Below are positions 13,380 through 22,823 of a DNA stretch of 64,000 nt, one piece after another; position 1 is the stretch's first letter; each line of letters starts with the position of its first letter. The position numbers and the translations under genes are program-made. The DNA is taken from the NCBI GenBank assembly GCA_051362555.1, contig CM120641.1:32060401-32124400 (forward strand), read 5' to 3'. The DNA comes from Lingula anatina (taxonomy: Eukaryota; Animalia; Brachiopoda). The notes under the pieces are model-generated. The model ran no database searches. It was not told the DNA's origin and saw nothing but the letters and a program-made list of their open reading frames with translations.

Positions 13380-14883
13380 TTAGTGAGGAATTAAGATAAA
13401 AAACTTACTTGTGGGCTTTTTCGGCCCTTTGCATGAGAAATCCCAGTAAGCCATCCGGTTGCAAACCATTTGGCGGGAGGGGGGGATGCGATGAGCGCCT
13501 GATGAGTTGCGGATAAGTTCTGTGTTCACTGCATTATATGCAACAATCTGTCTTACAGATGTAGCACTATACTATCATTTGCAAGGGGACAACAACCATA
13601 CAAGATTAAGTGGAAATAAAATGTTCTTCAATAGATAAATTCTACTTATCTGTTTCTTTCTTTATCGACCCTACATTTTTCAGTGACTATGTTCCAACAA
13701 GAATATTATACATACGCATGTAACAAAAGCAAATACATTGATACGAGAATAGATTTTCCTTTCCTACAAGCTGTAAGTTGGAAACTGTACTTGGTTTTAT
13801 AAAGATGTTTATTAAATTTTCACGTGATATATAATCCTTTGTGCATATCTTAGTATCAAACAGGCCGTTTTACTTTCTTTTCCCATGCTCGAACACCTTT
13901 TCCAAAAGTGATGACATTTCCTCATCTGTACAGATAACAATGCATAGATGGGGACTGACAAAGCATCATAAACAAACCTGTGTTTGTGTTGGTAAATTGT
14001 ACAGGTAAAATGTGAGGATATATCGTCACTTAAATAACTATATCACCAGTCTATATATTCCAAACTGTTGCGAAGTTGATCAAAGTCACCCACGGATAGT
14101 ACAGGTGATTGTTAAACCGTTTATACGAGTTTAAAATAGTCTTTTCCAGACTGGGGATAACACCCCACATCACTATCTTCCTCATTCTTTCCCTGTTAGC
14201 GCTTCCTCGTGGCACCCCGAGTTTTAGAGATTATTTGAAATTCCCCGCCACGATCAACAAGCCAATCTGCCGTTTACAGTGGCATCTAATGCGCATTCCG
14301 AGGGGCGAACCTCCAGTTATCTCAGGTTTTCCACGTGAAGATAAAGGACCAAATAATCGGGCTGCAGAACCTGACATATTCCTTCCCTGTTATCCCCTGT
14401 TATCTAAACAAGGAAAACTAAGGCTCGACGACTGAAATATTCAAGAACACCCTAATTTTAAATGCGTTTTCCTAAGCCTTATATCACTGACAAAAATAAT
14501 TCTTCAATTTCATTATCCATTTTTCGCAAAATAACCGTGCATTACATCTTAATCGTTATGATTTTCAAAAATTATCAACATTAACTGTGTGTTTACTACT
14601 TCCTTCCTTGTTTAACTTATGATTAAGTTTGTAAACTTTTTCTATTTATTTATAGACATGGGTATGACACAAGTGTCGTTCCTTTGTCAGGTGTCATTTT
14701 CACTTCCTCATTACCGTTAACCTGAAGAAACATATAGAAAGGTATTTTCTTCAGGTGGACCGTGTATGTAATAAGCAGAAAAAAATTCCTCTTTCTTCAG
14801 CGTCTGAGCAGCTTTTACCTGCAGTTTACCTGCACTTTGCTGGACGTCACTTGTATTGAAGAAATACCAAGGCTGAGTTGAAT

Positions 14884-17430
14884 ATGATCGTGATGGTGCA
14901 CATTAACTGCAGACACATTTTATTAGGCATAGCATTGGTGACCTTTTTTGTTAAAATCGTCGCTCAAAAGGGAGGCCGAAGGTCCGCAGATTTTGCTGGA
15001 GCGTTTACGGGAACTTTGATGAACAATGAGACTAACATTCCATGCACAAATTACACCGTCGACGCCAGCGGTGACACATTAAATTTCATGGAGGATATCA
15101 CTTACAAGAAGGTTAGTTACGCTTATCTATATCTGAACTTTTCTGGAAATTTCACGACTTCTGCAATTACAAATCAGTCACTAGTGTACCCGAACGTATG
15201 GATTTGGTGTCAAGAGCAATCTACCTTTGCCTTGTTATATGGGCCGTATGATTTCCGTATCCTTTCTATGGGAACTATGAACTGGTATGTAAAAAGTTAC
15301 AATATAACAGTATCTATGGAACCAACCTACTGCAACATGGACTTCAATAAATTCGACACATTGGTAAGAATAGCATCCTCACTTCGGACAATGGTGAATT
15401 TCACGAGAACAAAAACTGGCAAGACATTAAAACTGGATAAACCGAACGCATTTTGTAATTTTGTGAAAATCCCCACACAGACGTCTACAATGGAGTCTTA
15501 CATGCTCGGCTGGAATCGCTATCGAATGTCCGAATTTCAGTGCTGCGTGGAGAGGCCGACTGGAGAAATAGGAAAGGGAAAACACTCTGAAAAATATAAG
15601 GAGATCTTTGATTGTTCAAGAAGAGTTTCAAAGGGTGTTTGGATGTCATTTATACAAATCATTTCTTTTATATCGTTCTTATATACGCCGTTATTACTTC
15701 AGTTTTTCCCCGACAGCCAACGCCCGTCCACGTTCACACTGCAGACGTCAAGACGCGTACTATCACGAAACAACGGACGTGAGCACGAAAATGGACAGAA
15801 CTGGTCAGGACTGTGGCTGTCCGATCCCACCACCTACTTCTTAACACATTTCAAACTTACAAACGATGGGCGTCAGCGACAAATATGGCTAACGCGGGCA
15901 TGGAGACTCGTGATATTTTGGTTTCTCATCCCCAGCATTCTGATACTTCGAATCACTCTGTACTATTATCTCAAAAGGAAAACTCTTGAGAAACGATTAG
16001 ATGTAGGACTACCGATAGGGTTTCTGGCCATACCATTCGGATTCGAACGCAGTCTAGAAAATTGGAAGTATTGGATGGGAGGTCCGTATGTCGTGTTACT
16101 GCTATATGCCGGTCTCTCCGTACTGTTTTTCTGCCTCCCAAATATTTCAGACATTCTCATGTGGAACTTTGCTAAGTCTCATCACAGAGCAAAGCGGTAT
16201 TTTGTTTTCAGTCAATGCTTGACTATGGTCAACGGGTTTGGCTATGTGGACTTCAGCCAGCACTATGGCTTAAAATTTGTAGGTCTCATTGCTCTGGGGC
16301 GGATCTATGCTGTAATCAACCCTGAATTCTGGTTGTACTTCTTGCTAGTATGGAAGCTTCGAATTAAGAGACTGATGCGTTGGGCTTCCAACCCCATTGC
16401 ATCTGCACCAAAATGGCTCATAACAATTTTATACGTACCGCTAATTTTCCTAACTCTCATCCCAGCGGCCATAGAATTTTTCATCACCGTGGTATACTTT
16501 GGTTTACCTTTGCTCTACCTACTGAAAGTTTTGATCTGTTCGTATTCAGCTAGAGTTTGGCAATGCCTCACCAGTGACAGTAAAACATCAGCGTGTCCCT
16601 TCCGCAACGTTTTTGGTGTATTGGCGGCTTCCCTGATAACTATGACTTTACTCGTGTATACTTATATCTTTGGTATGATTTACGTGACCAGCGTCTCTTG
16701 GATTTTTTTCTTACTGGATCAGACATTCGTCGGCTTGGTAATCTACCCGCACGAGGCGCTGGGTTACGTAAGCGTGGCGTCCTCAGTGGTCTTCTACACT
16801 TACCATAGCATCCATGGGTTAATTACGGGCCACGCAACGTTGTTTGACCTTACGCTACAGGCGTGCAAGAGGATTAAGAGAAATCACAGCACCCAGCATC
16901 ATGCACAAGACAGTAGGATAAGTCCAAATAGGCAGAATAGAATCCAGTCCACATACGGGACTTTCTCTTCTGACTTTGACAACTTAATCCGGAACAAGGG
17001 ACGCATCCTTTATATCCCTCAGGAGCTCTTCAAGCGTGTTCTAGGAAAACTTCGCCCACTACGGCGAGAGGTGCTTAAATCTGGGCTAAAGCTGGCTGTA
17101 ATGATTTTCTTTCTAGTGGTTGTCATTTTGGTCACAAATGACTACAACCGGCAGGAAGAGTTGTATGCAATCCCTCAGTTGATCGGCATAATTGTGGTGG
17201 GGACGCTGCCACAGACAATGCAGATTGTCTGCTCGTGCTGTAAAAGCCACGTGAGAAAACTGAAGATGCAACAAAAAGTCGAAGACATTGTTGAAGAATG
17301 GTGGGAAATGGAAAAGGTTCGAAGCACAATGACGGAATCAGACTCGGACGATGAAGAGTTGGGGGAAAACGGTTTGCTGCATGGAAGTAAAAGAAGTGTT
17401 CGTCTAAGTCTCATTTTAGATCGATCGTGA
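14884..17430 (+). CDS. Uncharacterised intronless multi-pass membrane protein, paralog 1 (~848 aa)
   Basis: 2.55-kb open frame with first ATG at 14884 (the ORF track starts at an upstream TTG). It has an N-terminal hydrophobic signal segment, a ~220-aa Cys-containing ectodomain with N-glycosylation sequons, roughly 9-11 hydrophobic helices and an acidic tail (ESDSDDEE). The frame is intact in both copies. I do not recognise the family. Confidence 0.9.
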   Translation: MIVMVHINCRHILLGIALVTFFVKIVAQKGGRRSADFAGAFTGTLMNNETNIPCTNYTVDASGDTLNFMEDITYKKVSYAYLYLNFSGNFTTSAITNQSLVYPNVWIWCQEQSTFALLYGPYDFRILSMGTMNWYVKSYNITVSMEPTYCNMDFNKFDTLVRIASSLRTMVNFTRTKTGKTLKLDKPNAFCNFVKIPTQTSTMESYMLGWNRYRMSEFQCCVERPTGEIGKGKHSEKYKEIFDCSRRVSKGVWMSFIQIISFISFLYTPLLLQFFPDSQRPSTFTLQTSRRVLSRNNGREHENGQNWSGLWLSDPTTYFLTHFKLTNDGRQRQIWLTRAWRLVIFWFLIPSILILRITLYYYLKRKTLEKRLDVGLPIGFLAIPFGFERSLENWKYWMGGPYVVLLLYAGLSVLFFCLPNISDILMWNFAKSHHRAKRYFVFSQCLTMVNGFGYVDFSQHYGLKFVGLIALGRIYAVINPEFWLYFLLVWKLRIKRLMRWASNPIASAPKWLITILYVPLIFLTLIPAAIEFFITVVYFGLPLLYLLKVLICSYSARVWQCLTSDSKTSACPFRNVFGVLAASLITMTLLVYTYIFGMIYVTSVSWIFFLLDQTFVGLVIYPHEALGYVSVASSVVFYTYHSIHGLITGHATLFDLTLQACKRIKRNHSTQHHAQDSRISPNRQNRIQSTYGTFSSDFDNLIRNKGRILYIPQELFKRVLGKLRPLRREVLKSGLKLAVMIFFLVVVILVTNDYNRQEELYAIPQLIGIIVVGTLPQTMQIVCSCCKSHVRKLKMQQKVEDIVEEWWEMEKVRSTMTESDSDDEELGENGLLHGSKRSVRLSLILDRS

Positions 17431-17615
17431 GAGCATCAAATGCTTTAAATGGATAAGTTTTAATTAAAGTTTATATTGTCAAACGAGACTTAAATATTAG
17501 GTATTAAAGAGCATCAGTAAAAGAACAAATTGAGAATCTTTAAAATGCATTTGAGGTTAAAATTTTTGTCACAAAAAACTGATCAAATGCCACTACACAT
17601 TTTCAGATAATATAA

Positions 17616-17829
17616 CACCCCATTTCCATAGATTAGATCGACCTACTTTAGATCGACCTAACTCCCTGGGGGTTCACGCTAAATAGCTGTCAGCCGGGCG
17701 GACACGAAAGTTAATTACCCCTTACAGCTTGTAGTAGGCGGGACGGACATTTAAGTCGGATTATCTGAAAGTAATCTAGTGAGACTCCCCGCGGGGATAG
17801 AGCGATCTAAAATCTATGGGAATAGAGCC
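17616..17829 (-). mobile_element. ~215-bp Harbinger-like MITE at a copy-1-specific site
   Basis: caccccatttccatag...ctatgggaatagagcc flanked by TAA/CAA. The empty site 'aatataactta' is in copy 2 near 25756-25766. It is a diverged reverse complement of 25348-25562. Confidence 0.8.
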
Positions 17830-17836
17830 CAACTTA

Positions 17837-18108
17837 GAGTGCATTCAGAACAAGTAGATCCGCTGTCTACTGGGTGCATATGTCCAGCACACTTAAAAGT
17901 AATGACTCTAATCCCTTGATGGTCTCCCTGCCTCCACACATGCAGGGGAATAGCAATTAAACCAATTAAACCGAGATTTAATCTGTTTCAAGGCGTGGCT
18001 GGAGGAATGGAGACCACCAGACGATTATGCAGCTTGCTTTTAAAGGGGGTCAGCCATATTTACTTGAAAGATCATTTAATCCATGGATTATCTGTTCTGA
18101 ATGCCCTC
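17837..18108. mobile_element. Harbinger-like MITE that predates the duplication (also at 25767-26545)
   Basis: TIR GAGTGCATTCAGAACA / TGTTCTGAATGCCCTC with a TTA TSD. Present at the same position in both copies. Confidence 0.8.
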
Positions 18109-18833
18109 TTAGAGAGATCCTAAAGGACATTGTTTCAAATATCCTGAAGAATGTTTAAAAGAATATTTTCTACTTTTCTTCCTTTGCTATAAATAACCCT
18201 CAGTCATTTTCCGCAACTCATTTGAATGATTATGTAATTGTATGTGCAGCTTCATCCATTTAATGCATTCATACATTGAACAATTGCTTGTGCAATGCGG
18301 TTGCAAAACTGTCATTTAGCAGACAATTACGAACTGGAGGAAAGGGAAAATGTGTCAACTTCCGACCAAAAATACTGAGAATGTGCAGTTCTAAAGTTAT
18401 TTTTTTGGCTGAACCAGGAATTAGTTTATCCCTCGCATGTCGACTTTACTTTAGTGGTATGATAAACAAGTAGAAGAACATTACTAGGAAACCACGCTTG
18501 CTTTATATGTAACTTTAATCAATTAATTTTAAAGGCTACACTTTTCTCTCTGTATGAATAATATTGGTTCTTAAAAAGCCAGAAAATGTTTTGAATAAAA
18601 CTCTTCAAATTTGACATCACTATTCTTCATATTTGATATTGATATATGATAAGTATATATTCAGAACTGACTTTATTTCAAACTACATCTGGTACAGGAG
18701 ATAAACCTGAGATCATCCAACACTACACTAGCAAACTAAAGACATAAAGAAGGGATTGGGAGTGGGATAAATTTGTTACCACCCCTTGATCAACAATGGG
18801 CATTTTAATTCTCCTGCATTTCTCAGAGTTCAC

Positions 18834-21332
18834 CAGAGTTTAACATGGAGCGTGGGCACGCGTCGCTGACTGTGAACCAACTCAAACTCGAATTACTTGA
18901 ATGTGGTGCCATAACAACATGACGAAAATGTGAATTCATTGAAAAGTATGTGTTTTCTTTTCATTTAGTGCTTGAAACACACGAATGCTAACTATTTTCT
19001 TTGAAAAAAATCAAAGATTAGTCGAGGTGTGTGAACGTCAAATTAATCTGTCATGTTACAATGTATGTAGACTATGTGCGAGTACGCTCATATTTTTTTA
19101 AGTAGAATGAAAGACGGAGATTTGTTATACTTAATAAATGTACTTATTTATTTTCTTCATAAGGTTCACCAAAGAAGGCCCATAATGTTGGGGGAAATGC
19201 AAACTGTTTCATGACCCCAGGCCAACCAACTTCAGAAATAGAGCAGGATACAATGATTACTTCAGGAATCTGACCTATCGCTTCACATCAGTGTCAAAGA
19301 TTGATGTAGCCACCAGATATGCCTACCCTAAAGCTGACTTATAGGCAGCAGTTGTGGAACACGACTATTGCCAAGTGCCATGGATAGAATAAAGCATTGA
19401 TAGGGGGGAATAATGTAAATGAAAACAGAGGTCTAATATTAAGAATCAGGCAATTATCAAACTAGATGATGTGTGGCATCATAGAATTATGATATTGAAT
19501 CGAAACTAGTTAATGATGTGCCATCTTCCATGCTTTAATGGGATATGAATATTTCAGGTTGAGGTACAAACAGCAAGCACACTGAGCGTAGCACGTTACA
19601 ACAAGGAAAGATCGCAATCTGGCACAATGAGAGACAATGGCGGATCATTGCTTCCAAATTTGGAGAGATAATGGCAGCTACAGAGAAGAACAAACTGTAT
19701 GAGTCATTGTTGTGTCCATAACCATTGCAGACACATGACAGTTGGTCCCAGACCTGATTTCCCCTTTTTGGAATGTGTATCTGGTGCTCTGCGCCTAAAG
19801 AAAACACACAAATACTTTACTCAGTTACAAGGCCAGATGTTCATTACAAATCGCTCATTCTGCTATTTTGTTGTGTTTACACGCAAAGATCTGTTTGTGG
19901 AGTTGATCTATTCTGACACTGGATGTTTTTCGACATGCATTTTGCCCAGGTGCACTTTATTTTATGAAAAACACTATAGGAAGTACTGGTATGTGGCAGC
20001 TAGTTTGTAGAAAGTATGAGATGGTATGAGATTGCTTAGCTGCAATCACAATTTTGAAGTGCCTTTTTGAAAAACATGTTTTATCTAAAATGAAATAATT
20101 TGGTGGTGCAATCTTTAAAGCGCTTTTAGGGCAATGAAATAATTTGATGATGCTATTTTATTTACAATACAGAACAAATATGGTTAAGCTGTTTTTTCAT
20201 GTTTTTTTACTGTAATAAAGTAATTTGGTGATGCTATATTCTTTAAAAAAAGTACTTATGTGGTTATGCTGTTTTTAATAATATTTAACTGTAATGAAAA
20301 AAAATTATGATGCTATTTTGTTAAGTATTTTTGGTGGGATAAAATAATTTGGTAGTTCCATTTCTTGCAAATAATTTGGTTTTGCTGCTTTTTTAATGAA
20401 TTTCCAAAGTGATGAAGTATTTTGGTGGTTCTATTCAAGTAAAATAATTCAGAAATGCTATTTTGTAAAAAGAACAAAAAACTGTGTTCTCTCGTTTGCT
20501 TACTTTATATATTATTTCTTAAACTGTTACAAAAAGTTTTCCAAACCTGCAGTATTCCATTGGCTGAGAAAATTCCAGCTATACATTCAGAAAAGTTGGT
20601 GCAGAAATAACTTACACATAGTTTCATGATTCTTACTATGGACTGAATAATTATTTTTAAATAAAATATTTGGTTTTGCTGCTTTTTTTAATAAAATTTC
20701 AAAGTGATGAAATAATATGGTGGTTTTATTCAAGTAAAAAAATTCAGAAGTGCTATCTTGTAAAAAGAACAAAAAACTGTGTGCATTTGTAAAATGTTAA
20801 CTTTATATTTTATTTCTCAAACTGTAACAAAAAGTTTTCCAAACCTGCAGTATTTAACTGGCTGAGAAATTGCAGCTATAGGCCTAAATTCAGGAAAGTT
20901 GGTGAACAAATAAATTATTTAACTATTACATAGTTTCATGATTTTTATTGTGGACTGAATAATTATTTTTAAGTGATTATTTTATTTAACATCACCTGTC
21001 AACCTCATTAAATCAATACAAAAGGATATCACTTAATAATACAACCTTATGCAGGTAGTACCGGTACTTAGGCATATTTACTGACAATATCTCTTCTGAA
21101 ATTGGACATAAGAAAACGCACTTTGATAATCATACCTCCCAGGGGCACTTTCTCGCTATGGAGCTCTCTTTTCAAAATTTTTAAAGTTACCTGTCTACGT
21201 GTGATCTTTTTGAGGCAACTCGTATATCTCTAATTACTGTGCCTGAGGCAAGTTGTGACTGGCCCTTTAACATGGAAGGTGTGTTGACATGACCCCTCAA
21301 CTTCAAACAAAGCCCCGAATCTTCAGAAAAAT
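18834..21332 (+). mobile_element. Decayed DNA transposon carrying a YqaJ/lambda-exonuclease remnant (ISL2EU- or Kolobok-associated type)
   Basis: 19581-19721 reads TERSTLQQGKIAIWHNERQWRIIASKFGEIM, the N-terminal W..R..RITAS.FG motif. 19760-20010 reads LRLKKTHKYFTQLQGQMFITNRSFCYFVVFT...LPRCTLFY, the C-terminal YqaJ motif. The central PD-(D/E)xK core is missing and the frames are broken. Degenerate tandem repeats occupy 20060-20970. No clear TIRs were found. Confidence 0.6.
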
Positions 21333-22823
21333 TCTCCTATAAAAGATGTAGAGAGAGACCCGGGTATACTGTGAGGAGAAAGCTCCTGCCTGCGTTCAAG
21401 ACCTGTAGTCCTTGTTAGTGAGGAATTAAGATAAAAAACTTTCTTGTTTTTTTTTTTTTTCCTTTGCACGAGAAATCCCACTAAGCCATCCGGTTACAAA
21501 CCATTTGGCGGGAGGGGGGATGCGCTGAGCGCCTGATGAGTTGCGGATAAGTTCTGTTTTCACTGCGTTATATCTAAGATCTAATAAACGGATATATATG
21601 GTATATTAGATCTTAGGTTATATGCAACGATCTGCCTTACAGATGTAGCACTATCATTTGCATGGGGACAGCAGCCTTAGTTTTTTTTCTGTATCGACCC
21701 TACATTTTTCAGTGACTGTGTTCCAACAAGAATATTATACATACGTATGTAACAAAAGCAAATACATTGATACGAGAATATATTTTCCTTTCCTACAAGC
21801 TGTAAGTTGGAAACTGTACTTGGTTTTATAAAGATCTTCCCTTTTCATATTCCATGACAATTACTTCATATTTACAGGGCTCTATAACAATGATGGGTAC
21901 TGACAAAGCATCATAAACAAACCTGTGTTTGTGTTGGTAAATTTTACAGGTAAAATGTGAGGATATATCGTCACTTAAATAACTAGATCACCAGTCTATA
22001 TTCCAAACTGTTGATAAGTTGATCAAAGTCACCCACGGATAGTACAGGTGATTGTAAAACCGTTTATACGAGTTTCAAATAGTATTTTCCAGACTGGGAG
22101 AACACCCAACATCACTATCTTCCTCATTCTTTCCCTGTTAGCGCTTCCTCGTGGCACCCTGAGTTTTAGAGATTATTTGAAATTCCCCGCCACGATCAAC
22201 AAGCCAATCTGCCGTTTACAGTGGCATCCAATGCGCACTCCAAGGGGCGAACCTCCAGTTATCTCAGGCTTCCACGTGAAAGATAAATGACCAAATAATC
22301 GGGCTGCAGAACCTGACATATTCCTTCCCTGTTATCTAAGCAAGGAAAACTAAAGCTCGACAACTGAAAGAACACCCTAATTTTAATTGCGTTTTCCTAA
22401 GACCTATATCACTGACATACAATTCATGTATATATAATTCTTCAATTTCATTACCCATTTTTTCGCAAAATAACCGTGCGATACATCTTAATCGTTATGA
22501 TTTTCAAAAATTATCAACATTAACTGTGTATTTACTACTTCCTTCCTTGTTTACCTTATGATTAAGTTTGTAAACTTTTTCTATTTATTTATAGACATGG
22601 GTCTGACACAAATGTCGTTCTTTGTCAGGTGTCATTTTCACTTCCTCATCACCGTTTACCTGAAGAAAACATATAGAAAGGTATTGTCTTCAGGTGGACC
22701 GTGTATGTAATAAGCAGAAAAAAACTTCCTCTTTCTTCAGCGTCTGAGCAGCTTTTACTTGCAGTTTACCTGTACTTTGCTGGACGTCACTTGTATTGAA
22801 GAAATACCAAGGCTGAGTTGAAT

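Larger units (their letters stand above)
13071..18833 (+). repeat. Tandem segmental duplication, copy 1 (pairs with 21333-27259)
   Basis: Colinear similarity runs from 'tctcctataaaagatgtagagagagaccc' to 'ttctcag(ag)ttcacc', apart from copy-specific insertions and deletions. Confidence 0.95.

Noticed and set aside
14109-14435. 108-aa ORF upstream of paralog 1, with a counterpart at 22048-22290
   Set aside because: Both start at non-ATG codons, and the two copies are frameshifted relative to each other at both ends, so there is no sign of coding constraint.
15608-17414. Alternative-frame and antisense ORFs within the 850-aa genes, repeated in copy 2
   Set aside because: They are shadows of the main CDS, and their recurrence reflects the recent duplication.
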